Shown piece after piece: positions 27,901 to 37,671 of a DNA stretch of 52,917 nucleotides (within the stretch, counting starts at the first letter, position 1; each line of letters opens with the position of its first letter). The translations under genes and the position numbers were made by a program. A model generated the notes under the pieces. It was not told the DNA's origin. It made no database searches and saw nothing but the letters and a program-made list of their open reading frames with translations. The DNA lies in the NCBI RefSeq assembly GCF_004010195.1, contig NC_057722.1:5726571-5779487 (forward strand), given 5' to 3'. The stretch is from Chiloscyllium plagiosum (Eukaryota).

Positions 27901-28323
27901 GCACTTGGCCATCGCCATGTCGGCGGTCGGCTCGGTCAGGGGGTGGCCCTTCAGCACCGCGTTGTCCTGGTGCAGCCGGAGGTGCAGGGAGCACATGGAC
28001 ACCTCACACTGCAGGCAGCTCTTGAGGGCCGAGCGCCTCTTCTTGGTGCAGTAGGTGCAGGGCACGACGCCGTGGCGGGGCTCCAGGGCCAGGTAACCGG
28101 CCACGATGTTGGCCAGTTGGAAGTTCTTCTCCAGGCGGGGCCTGTCCGCCCAGGCCGCCCGGCACTGCGGGCACGAGTAACCCTCCGCCTCCCTCCACAC
28201 CGCCTCCAGGCAGCCCCGGCAGAAGCTGTGCTTACAGCTCAGGATCACCGGCTCGGTGTAAATCTCCAGGCACACCTGGCAGCTCAGCTCCTCCTCCAGG
28301 GGATCCGACACCTCGGCCGCCAT
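12366..28323 (-). CDS. TRIM E3 ubiquitin ligase (RING-Bbox1-Bbox2-coiled coil-PRY/SPRY), TRIM25/TRIM16/finTRIM-like; join of exons 28323-27769, 26378-26283, 23546-23313, 20790-20768, 18093-17963, 12904-12366; 1578 nt, ~525 aa
   Basis: All introns are GT-AG and the phases chain 0,0,0,2,1 with no stop. The 96-, 234- and 23-nt middle exons match typical class IV TRIM genes. Strong Kozak context GGCACCATGG. Orthology is not resolved. Confidence 0.92.
13020..13290 (+). mobile_element. SacSINE1/DeuSINE-like SINE (decayed)
   Basis: AAGTCCCAC..GACTTGAACAC..CAGTGCAGTAC..TGCACTGTTGG..GGATGAAATGTTAAA..GGGAGTTCTCCCC; similar copies at ~23660 and ~25830. Confidence 0.55.
13614..13913 (-). mobile_element. 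HE1-type V-SINE
   Basis: Near-identical to the 5057-5383 copy; (TAGAT)n tail. Confidence 0.9.
14560..16590 (+). mobile_element. Decayed Penelope-like element (RT + GIY-YIG) with downstream pLTR pieces
   Basis: GVAMGSHVGPSY at ~14882, LPLLDLSV..IHYKATD, LYIGETK at ~15745; many frameshifts. Confidence 0.8.
16062..16290. mobile_element. Palindromic Penelope-derived insert with 14-bp target-site duplication
   Basis: TCTGTCCTTTCAAG at 16048-16061 and 16291-16304; intact minus-strand hammerhead core at 16121-16148. Confidence 0.8.
16873..17222 (-). mobile_element. CR1/HER1 LINE 3' fragment
   Basis: Reverse similarity to 7577-7940. Confidence 0.75.
17963..18093 (-). CDS. TRIM exon 5 (131 nt, linker)
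   Basis: ttccag|C LKDISLPLESLPYSLNSVQVKDHIKCSVEGSEEQRSRQIMVKL T|gtaagt; phase 2-1. Confidence 0.82.
19425..20190 (-). mobile_element. CR1-clade LINE 3' fragment
   Basis: ORF 19622-20062: LYRMLVRSLLEYSAQFW..RLRGGLIEVYKIM. Confidence 0.85.
20348..21364. repeat. ~102-bp direct repeat pair (20348-20450 and 21263-21364) flanking the TRIM micro-exon
   Basis: The copies differ by one substitution and by poly-A length. Confidence 0.9.
20768..20790 (-). CDS. TRIM exon 4 (23-nt micro-exon)
   Basis: tttcag|GAATTTAACTCCATCACTGCCCG|gtaagt, reading EFNSITAR; phase 0-2 joins exons 3 and 5. Confidence 0.85.
22180..22725 (-). mobile_element. Old CR1 LINE 3' fragment
   Basis: Decayed ISGMRRLSYEER..MEFRGMRD. 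Confidence 0.65.
23313..23546 (-). CDS. TRIM exon 3 (234 nt, coiled coil)
   Basis: aaag|AAIKEKEINVEEKYEALRRQIDDEERKA...DDIPFIQ|gtgatg; phase 0-0. Confidence 0.9.
23660..24030 (+). mobile_element. SacSINE1/DeuSINE-like SINE
   Basis: GAGTTCAAGCCCCACTCCAG..CATTAAACC..GTGTCCTGGTCAATATTT. Confidence 0.55.
24845..25765 (+). mobile_element. CR1-clade LINE 3' fragment
   Basis: KFTDNTKL, QRDLGV, HLEYCVEFW, RIVNLWNSLP. Confidence 0.85.
25830..26225 (-). mobile_element. SacSINE1/DeuSINE-like SINE
   Basis: Reverse similarity to the 13020 and 23660 copies. Confidence 0.5.
26283..26378 (-). CDS. TRIM exon 2 (96 nt, coiled coil)
   Basis: ttag|NNLGDQQEELKQKVKVSQAALEDVKKEKENVL|gtgagt; phase 0-0. Confidence 0.9.
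26740..27375 (+). mobile_element. CR1 LINE 3' fragments
   Basis: TTTAGAAGAATGAGAG..TCTAGGACCAGAGGG..GATCAGCCATG. Confidence 0.65.
27641..27766. repeat. Compound (CG)n/(CA)n-GACAGATG microsatellite
   Basis: Visible directly; abuts the TRIM exon 1 donor. Confidence 0.95.
27769..28323 (-). CDS. TRIM exon 1: RING (C3HC4), B-box1 and B-box2
   Basis: MAAEVSDPLEEELSCQVC..CKHSFCRGC..CPQC; CTYC..CLQC..CSLH; CAQH..YCKDD..CVCSLC..HKGH. Donor AGG|GTATGT at 27768. Confidence 0.95.
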
Positions 28324-28490
28324 GGTGCCGCGCCGGAAGTGGAGCTGGTGGGCGGGGACGAGGGAGCTGGTTGCACCTCTCCGCCCCTCTTGGTGCGCCG
28401 CCCAAAGAAGCCCCGGCGGCAAACCTGGGCCCCGCGCCTGCGTTCCGCGTGGCAACAAACAGTTTCTCACTCAATTCCCTGAAGATTGTT
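27870..28490. promoter_or_regulatory. CpG island over TRIM exon 1 and its promoter
   Basis: High GC and CpG content. ETS motif CCGGAAGT at 28333-28340, GC box GGGCGGGG near 28350, GAS-like TTCCCTGAA at 28475-28483. Confidence 0.7.
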
Positions 28491-28650
28491 ATTAGTACAA
28501 TTAACACTCATCACGATACTATCACATTCACTACATTATGTTAATTATTCTTTTTAATACAAACATGAATGCACAGGCCTTTTGTTTTCCTTGCAACCCA
28601 GACAATTTTTGTTGTCCTTTTGTTTGCTGCCCAGACAATTTTTGTTCCCA

Positions 28651-28789
28651 CCCAGAAGGAGAAACCAGTAAAAGTTGTGAATGACACATACTGGTCTGAC
28701 TCATCTTATATACCCTCAAAATGGACGACCAGTAGTACCAGTACGCTTACTTCCACCTGTGTTGTTTTTACTGGTTTTTTCCCACTGGG
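28651..28789. mobile_element. 139-bp MITE with CCCAG..CTGGG ends and 2-bp CA target-site duplication, EnSpm/CACTA-like
   Basis: ca|CCCAGAAGGAGAAACCAGTAAAA...TTTTACTGGTTTTTTCCCACTGGG|ca, with internal ACCAGTA repeats. Confidence 0.6.
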
Positions 28790-29149
28790 CAGGTTTTTGC
28801 AGCCCACACAATTTTTTTAAAAAAAATCTTAATTTTGTGCACTGTTGTTTCTTTTTGTCACTGATGTTGCTGCCTTTTAATGATCACTTTAATCATTATT
28901 AATTTGATCATTGTTAATCATTTGAAGATAATGTTAGTTTATTAATCACTTCACAGCAGAACTGAACACAGAGAGATGGGACCTCTACTAGAAGAACAAA
29001 TTGGAGAAATGAAAGGGGCCTAGGGAGGCCCGCAGTCACAGTGAATGTTGCAAACTTGCCCAGTCTTTCAAAAAAAATGTGCTCAGCAGTGGGTGTCCAC
29101 CTTTTATCTTTGTTTGAAGGATCTATTTTCAAATGAATTAATAAGCACA

Positions 29150-29274
29150 CCCAGAAGTGAAAAACAAAATTTTCTTTTTAAAAAAAAGGTACCTGGAAAT
29201 TAACATATTGGTTGTACTGCAGTAGACCAGTATACATCCTTCACAAGTTTTACTGGTTTTCCCGCCTGGATGGG
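29150..29274. mobile_element. Second, degenerate, oppositely oriented copy of the same MITE-like repeat
   Basis: Reverse complement of 29222-29270 (TCCAGGCGGGAAAACCAGTAAAACTTGTGAAGGATGTATACTGGTCTAC) closely matches 28651-28700. The copy starts CCCAGAAG at 29150. Confidence 0.55.
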
Positions 29275-29602
29275 CACCTTTCCCTCTGTTATGTGGAAGT
29301 GCTGCATGTAAGGTGTGTTTTAGAAAAGGTTTTAAGAAACAGATATATGCTTACTCATATCAGTATGTAAAGGTATTGTTGTGTGCTTGTTTCTATTCAG
29401 AACCTGCCCTGGTGCGGTGTTTGAAAATGGCATTCACAAATCAATGGCAGCATTAAGCTCTATGGTCAGGTAAGGTTTCCGAAACCAACCGGGGAAACTA
29501 AAGGCAGCATTATAGCTAGAAATTAAAGCTTTTTACAAATTTAATTGAAAACAGTCTGCTTTGGATGTAATTTTTGAATGTTTTCCACCTCATTCAGATA
29601 CA

Positions 29603-29840
29603 ATGGCGGCAGTCGCAAAATTTGCATTTGTCAGATTCCTTGATGACAATGGGGTATCTAGGATTGTGTCCATTCAGGAGGACGTCCAAAAGTTTAAGCT
29701 CCTGACACACAATCCCAGCAGGGTATATATGGTTCGATGGATCCAGGCGAGCATTGGCAAGTCAGAGGACTATAACTCTGGTGAATATATGCGGAGCCCC
29801 AATGATCCATACTATAAAGCACAGATCATGCTTCTCGCAG
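29603..29840 (+). CDS. BEND5-like coding exon 1
   Basis: Acceptor ttcag at 29597, ACAATGG start, donor G|gtaagt at 29841. A probable non-coding exon ends at 29469 (cag|gtaagg). Confidence 0.88.
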
Positions 29841-32800
29841 GTAAGTGTGATCATCTGAGATAACAGTTGTGTTTGATGATGAGGTATTGATTAAATTTTT
29901 TGTGATCTCATCTCCAGAGTCCCCTGAAGAGATCAGAGCTGAAAGAGCTAAACATAAACTGCTGAAGTATCCTACCTGGGATAGCAATGTGGAATCGGAC
30001 AGTGCCAGTCATGGGCCTGGCCCAAGCAGGAACACACAGGGGAAGAGAGTATTAGAGGCCACTGGTGTGACAAGGGTAGGTGCTTAAGCCATTCATTTGG
30101 TTTTGTTGAGATATGGTCAACAATGCACACTGCGGAGACACATCTAATAAAGAGTAGCACTTGATGTATGGAGCCGTATCTCTCACCCATGCCAAAAAGG
30201 TAACCTCCAATTTCTCTTTGTTGGCAGAAGGATAAGAGAGCTCGGACAGAAAGTGCGTGGAGAAAACATCTGCAGAGGCTAATAGATGGTTTCAAGACCG
30301 AGATGCCCGACTGTGCTCTGGGGAATATGACAGATGCCCTCTCTGTATCAGGAGGGTTTGTGAATGAGATGACCCCGCCACCAAGGATGGTCGGACATGA
30401 CTGGCAGGAAAGGAAACCAGGGCTCATGCAGGTGGAAGCTGAGAACAAAGTCCTCAGGCAGAAGGTGGAGTCCCTAAACAGTGACCTGCAGGAGGCTACA
30501 AGAATCATCCGTCGCCTGCAGGAGAGAATGGACCAGCTGCAGGACCTCAACTGCCGACTCCAAGAGCGACTCCTAAACCGCGCCCAGCGTAACTGATCTG
30601 TTTGCTGAATATGCGATGGTGTGATTTCATGTTTTAGATTCAAGTCTGGGGAAGCTGAGAATAAGGAGCTAATTTTTCTATTTGCTGTGTGTTGTAGCAC
30701 GCCAACCTGCACTGTCCAGACGGGCCGTGGATCTGACAAGACCAGCACTGCCCAGATCAGTGCAGATGAATACGGAGCCTTCACCCACATTCACTGGCAC
30801 AGACGGAGAGACCAGCACCTGTGCAGACAATCTCTATATTCCTATCGATGGAATGGTAATTATAGCGTCATACAGAACTGAAACAGATCCTTCAGCCCAA
30901 CTTGTCTATGCCGACAAGGTTTCGAAACGAAACGAGTCCCACTTGCCTGCATTTAGCCCAGATCCCTCTAAACCTTCCCTATCCATGTACCTATCCAAAT
31001 GTCTCTTAAATGTAGTAACTCTCTACCATTACGTCTGGCAGCTCATTCTAGACACGAACTCCGTGTAATACCGTTGCCCCTCAGGTCCCTTTAAAATCTT
31101 TCCCCTCTCACTTTAAACCTTTGTCCTGTAGTTTTGAGCTCCCCTACTCAAGGGAAAATAACTTAGCTTATCTCTGTGCCTCATGATTTTATAAACCTCA
31201 ATAAGGTCACCCTTCAACTTCCTGCGTTCCAGTGAAAAAACGTTCCAGCCTACCTCATCTTATAACTCAAACCTTGCAGTCCGGGTGACATCCTGGTAAA
31301 TCTTTTCTGCATCCTTTCCAATTTAATAACATCCTTCCTACGGCAGGGTGACCAAAACTGTATGCAGTACTCCAAAACTTGTCTCATCAATGTCCTGTAT
31401 AGCCGAAACATGATATCTCAATTCCTATACTCGATGCTCTGACCAATGAAGACAACCGTGCCAAACGCCTTCTTCACCACCCTGTCTAACTGCAACTCCA
31501 CTTTCAAGAAATTGTATACCTGAACCCCTAGATCTCTCTGGTCGACAACCTGCCTTCCCATTAACAATATAAGTTTTGCCCTTGTTTGTCTTAACAAAAT
31601 GCAACACCTCGCATTTCTCTCAATTAAACTCCATCTGCCATTCCTTGGCCCATTGGCACAGTCGATCAAGATCCTGTTGAGCTTTTAGATAATCAGATTC
31701 ACTGTCCACTATACCATTAATTATCATCACATTGTACCAAGTAATGGTGCATCTGTAGTATGGCGGCTGTGATGTTAAAAATTGGACTCTGTCCGCAGTC
31801 TTCCGCATCTCATCTGTGTGTACCTGGACTCTGTATGTTCACAGTGCACTAAACTGCATTATTTCCAGCAGAAAACTGGTATGTACACTTTTCTGCCACA
31901 GGTTCAACTTCAGGGTGGTCTGGAGATTACAGAGCGCCAATGGGAAAATGTTCTGCGATCGAAGACAAACTCGATGTTTGTCAAGACCCTGGCTGCCGCT
32001 GTATGGGGCTCGGACGTGCTCCGCAATAGGTCGATTCATGGCAGAGTGTGTGCCCGCTTCATCAATGCGGACACACCTCCGGTACCGAAGCCTGCACTTT
32101 CTCCTGTTAAACTGAGTGCTATTAAAGGTAAGCTCAATTGCAAACTGTAATTGCATTTATGTGTTCCCTTACATGCCCTTGATACCTAGCCTTCAGGATC
32201 CTAAACATCATGCCAGCTTTGAATGTACCATTCACATTGTTGTGCTTAGTTTCCTACACAGAACACCGAGGACTAATGTTTGCAGATCAAAGTTGTGTTT
32301 ACTCAAACAAACTCAGAGGGAGTTCTGAGGAAGGGTCACTCAACCCAAAGCATTAACTCTGATTTCTCTCTACCTGCTGAGCTTTTCCAACAATTTCTGT
32401 TCATGAAACTCAGAGAGAGGGTCTCAAGCTGGCTAAACAGATCATTCTGTCCAGATCAGTCTGATACACTCAGAAAATTAACAACTTTCATGCTCTAATA
32501 AAAGCAAAATACTGGGTGAACCAAGATGGCGGCAATCTAGGAAGATCGCTTTGCTGAGCTCTGCACTGCATCGCGGGCGGGACAAAGCCCTAACCCACCC
32601 TACCCAAGTCATCGTGGTATTCTAGAACTCTGAAAAGGTCACAGAGCCCTAGAAAGTTCTAAGAAGTCACTTACCTTCGATCTCGCCGTCCAGGGATGCC
32701 GAAGAAGGAAGCAGGCTCATCTGAGGCTGGGACCACGGCCCAACCCATAGGATCCTTGGATGCTATTTCTTACTTGGCCCTGGTATCGGAACTCACGAAA

Positions 32801-35800
32801 TCTCGCGAGATGCTGGGTAAGCAAATTGGAGATGCCGGCCCCGATCTCTGTTACGGTGCAGAAGCACGAGCTGCAGCTGGGAGACCTCGGGGAAAAGGTC
32901 GGACGAGGTCCAACGCAGGGTCACAGTGGTAGAAGCTGAGACTGATTCCTCCAAGGATAGGATCTGGGCCCAGGAGATGCAGGTCCGCACTTTGCTTGAC
33001 TGGGTTGATTATCTTGAGAACAGAGGCAGGAGGAAAAATATTTGGATTGTTGGTTTGCCGGAGAGTAAGGAAGGTGAGCAACCAATGGAATTTATTGAGG
33101 ATTGGCTGCTGAAATTCCTTAACTTGGAGGCTGGAATGGGAGGTCTGAAGATTGAGAGGGATCATTGGGTCACGGCTTGAAGGCCTGGTCTGGACCAACA
33201 TCCTTGCCCTATCCTGGTGCCGTTCCACAATTATAGAGACAAAGCAGAGAATCATGAAAGCTTCCAGTGTCCAGGGGAAGGATCTGAAGGCCTTAGTTTA
33301 CGAGGGCTGTAGGATCATGTTTTTCCAGGACTTCTCAGTGGCGGTGATTCGGAAAAGGAAATCCTGTAGCGGGTCTAAGGCACTGGTAAATGAATCCCTT
33401 AATCCTTAAGTTTGTGGAGTATTCCTCTAATGAATACAGGGCATTTCTAGACATTAGTTCAGGTTTGGCTAGTAGCCTGTCTGTTCGGGAAGCAGCTAAA
33501 GCTTATGCCAGATGGTTAGTCATTTCCCATTCCACCAGTGGGGAGCGGCAGATGGGTGAACAGCAATGTCTGCCCGAAGCATGGTTGAAGGCAGCTGAGA
33601 AGGCTTACTCTGACAGGCCCTCGTTGGCTAAGTGCTTCGGTCTGCATTGAACTCCACACTCACGCAGACAGGAAAGAAGAAGCTTGCTTTTGCAAGACAA
33701 AGGCTTGTTTGAGCATGGTGACAAACCGGGCAAGTGCTTGCCAGGAAAAAGAGTGACCCCGCTCCCCCCAGTCCATTATGTCGATTAGGGGATGTGCTGG
33801 AAACCCAACCTGTGATTCTAAAAAGATCAATGCGGCATTTCAGAGATTTTACCAGTCTGAAGTTTGTGAGGATGGGCGAGCTAGGATGGAGTCTTTTATC
33901 AAGAACTTGGAGCTTCCAGGTGTAACCCCTGAACAAGTGTTGTTTTCTCAATGCTCCTTATCAGAGCAAGAGGTGCAGGAGGCCGTGTAGCAGCTTCAGA
34001 ATGGAAAGGCGTCTGGTCCTGATGGATTTCCCAGTGAATTTTATAAGGAATTTACAAGCATATTGTCAGGCCTGATGCTCAATACGTTTAATGACTCATA
34101 CATTCATGATCGCCCTTCCCCCATCTCTAAGAGAGGCCAATACCTCTCTTCTTCTTAAAAACTGGAAAGTCCCAGTGGACTGTGCTTCCTGTAGGCCCGT
34201 TTCACTTTTAAATGTTGATTTTAAAATCTTTTCCAAAACTTGGGTGGCACAGTGGCTCAGTGCCTCACAGCACCAGGATCCCAGGTTCGATTCCAGCCTT
34301 GGGCGACTGTGTGGAGTTTGCACATTCTCCCCATGTCTGCGGGAGTTTGCTCTGGTTTCCTCCCACAATCCAAAAATGTGCAGGTCAGGTGAATTGGCCA
34401 TGCTAAATTGCCCATAGTGCTAGGTGCATTAGTCAGAGGGAAATGGGTCTGGGTGGGTTACTCTTCGGAGGGTCGGTGTGGACTGGTGGGGTTGAAGGGC
34501 CTGTTTCCACACTGTAGGGAATCTAATCATAAAAAAAAATCTTGCATTAAGGCTGGAAACTGTGTTGTTGCCTTCTATTATTAAAGAAGACGAGTTGGGA
34601 TTTATAAAGGATCGCAGATCCTCCAATAATGTTAGGAGGTTGCTTATTGAAATGCAAGCATGTCAGCAACAGTCTGTACAGGGATTGGTGATCTCTCTAA
34701 ATGCAGAGAATGCATTTGACCAGGTTGAGTGGCCGTATCTTTTTTATACTCTAGAGCACTTTGGCTTGGGTGAAGCCTTTATAAGATGGGTAAAGATTCT
34801 CTATAGTGATCCTCTCACTGTGGTTCTCACCAATGGTGTGAGATCAAGCAATTTTAATATCTTTAGGGGCAGCCGACAGGGCTGTGCCCTTTCACCACTG
34901 CTTTTTACATTGGTGATCGAGCTGCTGGTGGAGCCCATTTGTAGGGATCTTAATATATTGACTCCAGAAATGGGGTCAAAATAATTTAAGATTTTGTTGT
35001 ATGCAGATGACGTCCTCGTCTTTTTGTCAAATCCAGCAGTTTTGGTGTCTCGTCTGATACAATGTATCAATTTGTTTGGCCTTTTTGGGTTACAAGATCA
35101 GTTTTGCAAAATCAGAGGTTATGCCTATGGGTGGTCTCACGAAAATTTTAGGTTTTGAGGGCGAATCTCTATTCTCTTTTAAGTGGTCACAGGGGGCTTT
35201 CTTTATTTGAGTATATTCATTACTCAAGTTTTTGATCGGCTGTTTAAACCTAATTTTGTTCATTTATTTGACAAAAACAAGGTCTTCGCAGATGGGAGGC
35301 GATTCCGTTTACTTGGTTAGGTCGGATAGCCCTCGTTAAAATGAACATTCTCCCCCATCTATTGTACCCTATGTGAATGCTCCCCTTGATTTTCACTAGG
35401 CAAATGTTCAGGAAACTGAACAGCTGGTTCAGCTCTTTTATCTGGCATCGTAAGCAGCCCCTTATTAAATTAGCTAAACTGCAATTGCCTCAAGGACTGG
35501 GGGGAGTGGATCTCCTGGACATTAAAAACTATCAACTAAGCTCGCTTTTATCTTATGTGAGTGACTGGGCTTGTAGGGACCCTCTTCCAATATGATTAGA
35601 TATTGAAACTTCTCATGCTGTTCCTGGACAAAATGACGACAGTTCAGGAATATTGCCACAACCCAATAGTTATTAAAACTGTTAAAGCGTGGAGGGCAGT
35701 GTGGCAGATTGCAGGCAATATTGCCAAAACATCTATTTTTTTACAGCTATAGTGAGTGTGCCAGGTTTTCAACAGGGATGGTGGACTCTGAGTTTAAATT

Positions 35801-37671
35801 TGGGCAGCTGAAGGGCTTATGCCTGAAACGTCGATTCTCCTGCTCCTCGGATGCTGCCTGACCTGCTGCGCTTTTCCAGCACCAGTCTCTCGACACAGCT
35901 AGGGGTGTGTCTTGCATGGGTGATTTATTTGAGGGGAACACAATGATGGCATTTGACCAGTTAGCACAGAAATACAAGCTATCTAGCAGGGATCTCCTTT
36001 TTTTTTTCAAATTAGGGATTTAATTCAAAAAAGGACAACACTTTCAACCGATCTGTACAGATCTGACATAGAGAAGGGGGTGCTCAGTGCTAAGAACACG
36101 CTTTCTGTCAGCACACTTTATCATCTCTTTTGGGGGGGGTGTGAGATCGAACGACTTTGCAGGGTGTGGCAGGGAGAGTTGGGTGTCGAGATTCCCTCAG
36201 ACATGGCAAGCTATTTAGGAGAATGCGAGAAAGATCTCAATTTGCAATCGGACCCGTGCTTTACAATTGAAGATTCTCCACAGGGTCCACTTGGCTCCAG
36301 ATAGTTTATCAAAATTTAAACCAGGAGTATCTTCAACATGTCCCAAGTGCAAAGCGAGTACGGGCACTCTCGCTCATTGTTTCTGGTTCTGCTGCAGGCT
36401 CCGAATGTACTGGAGCACTGTGGTAGGTGCAATAGAGAGGATCTTTGGGACGAGGGCGGAGGTGGACTCAATTTTTCTTCTTCCCTGTAGATGCGCATAA
36501 GAATACAACTTTTCAACATCCTTACTTTTTGCACAAGAAAGAATATTCTATTAGATTGGGTGTCTGAAAATCCTTCAAGTTTGTTGGGTTGGCATAAGAC
36601 AGTTGTGGAGCATGTCCCTTTGGATTTTCTTACAAGCATGGTGCATCATAAGATTGAGAATTTTATAAGACATGGCAGTCCTTTTTTGACTACGTGGACA
36701 CAGATCTGTTTGCCACACTAATAAAGGTTTTTATATAGCTGTAATGATTGGGTTTTAAGAGTCTAATACCCAGAGAGGGGGAACTGCGAATGTATGAATA
36801 TGTGTAAATTAATGCTCTTGATGGCTGAGAGCCACTGTTTTGTCTCACTGAGCTACATTATTATTATTATTATTTATTTATTAGTTAGTTGTTAGTTATT
36901 ATTTATTTACATGTTTAGTTTTTTGTATATAGATTTGTATGTTTGTACATGAGTGCAGTTTGGTTTTTTATTATTCTTACCTTGTACTGTTTTGAATTAT
37001 ATTGTTTTGCATTGTTGTAATATCAAAATAAATAAAAATGTATTTTTTTAAAAAGCAAACGACTACAGATGCTGGAAATCTAAACCAAACAGAGAATAGC
37101 TGGAGAAACTCAGTAGGTCTGGTAGCATCTGTGGAGAGAGAAACAGTAAATATTTCAAGTCTGGAATGGCTTCTTCAGACGCTCTGCAGTCATTGTACAG
37201 GAATGAAATAAAAACAATGACCAGAAATCTCTGTCCTTTCTCTTAACCTGTGCACAGAAATCTGTTTAAACTCTCGAATCTGCTGCCAAGGCTGATACAG
37301 GCCTTGGGGTGTATAAGGTTCCCCTCCAATCATATCTGATGGTGTGAACACTTTGAGGTGTTCCAGGTTCACACTTGCCAAAATGTGTCTTATTGTATTA
37401 GCTTGTAAAGTGTCATTATATCCCTGTTGTAAACCCTTTCCGTAAAATATTATTTAATTCACACTGCAGTATTATGACTTCATTAATTATATTCTCCCCT
37501 TTTTCTTCCCTATCTTCAGCTTGCTACGGCCACTATCTCAGATCTAAGGGGATGAGTACTGAAGGGGTCTGTAAGGAGCAAGCCCGGGTCCATGGTTATA
37601 TATCAGAGAAGATCATGGACCTAAACAGAACAAGAAAGAGCAGCCTGGCACAAGAGTCGGTGTCACAGTGA
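29603..37671 (+). CDS. BEN domain-containing protein 5-like (BEN-solo with coiled coil); join of 29603-29840, 29918-30075, 30228-30588, 30698-30855, 31902-32127, 37520-37671; 1293 nt, ~430 aa
   Basis: GT-AG introns; phases 1,0,1,0,1 chain without a stop. N-terminus FAFVRFLDDN..KAQIMLLAE, coiled coil LQDLNCRLQERLL and BEN region VKTLAAAVWGSDVLRNRS..PKPALSPVKLS..YISEKIMDLN match my recollection of vertebrate BEND5 (YAFVRFLEDN..KAQILALAE; LRDLNRRLQDVLL; KNLAVMIWGTDVLKNRS..PKPPLSPHKLS..YICEKIMDIN). AATAAA at 37769-37774. Confidence 0.88.
29918..30075 (+). CDS. BEND5-like coding exon 2
   Basis: tccag|(E)SPEEIRAERAKHKLLK...GVTR|gtaggt. Confidence 0.8.
30228..30588 (+). CDS. BEND5-like coding exon 3 (coiled coil)
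   Basis: ggcag|KDKRARTES...ENKVLRQKVESLNSDLQEATRIIRRLQERMDQLQDLNCRLQERLLNRAQ|gtaact. Confidence 0.85.
30698..30855 (+). CDS. BEND5-like coding exon 4
   Basis: tgtag|(P)RQPALSRR...DNLYIPIDGM|gtaatt; phase 1-0. Confidence 0.8.
30862..31717 (-). mobile_element. CR1/HER1 LINE 3' fragment in BEND5-like intron 4
   Basis: QQDLDRLCQWAKEWQMEFN, QRDLGVQV. Confidence 0.85.
31902..32127 (+). CDS. BEND5-like coding exon 5 (BEN domain, first part)
   Basis: cacag|VQLQGGLEITERQWENVLRSKTNSMFVKTLAAAVWGSDVLRNRSIHG...LSPVKLSAIK|gtaagc. Confidence 0.9.
32514..37050 (+). mobile_element. L1-clade LINE, 5' end intact, internally deleted and decayed, in BEND5-like intron 5
   Basis: 5' CAAGATGGCG; ORF1 DYLENRGRRKNIWIVGLPE; ORF2 RPVSLLNVDFKI, GSRQGCALSPLLF, YADD, CPKC..HCFWFC; AATAAA and A-rich end. 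Imperfect duplication AAAAGCAAAATACT (32500-32513) / AAAAGCAAACGACT (37051-37064). Confidence 0.9.
34242..34528 (+). mobile_element. HE1-type V-SINE nested in the L1
   Basis: B box GGTTCGATTCC, V-domain, ATCTAATC tail. Confidence 0.9.
37520..37671 (+). CDS. BEND5-like last coding exon (BEN C-terminal helix)
   Basis: Polypyrimidine tract, then ttcag|(A)CYGHYLRSKG...HGYISEKIMDLNRTRKS..SQ*. Confidence 0.87.

Noticed and set aside
27889-28482. 197-aa plus-strand ORF and other overlapping ORFs
   Set aside because: Antisense shadow of the GC-rich TRIM exon 1; no recognisable domain.
28529-28540. CACTACATTATG as a literal CACTA terminus
   Set aside because: No matching inverted end found downstream of the BEN gene.
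29972-30790. 272-aa minus-strand ORF
   Set aside because: Antisense to BEND5-like exons 2-4; the splice signals and homology are on the plus strand.
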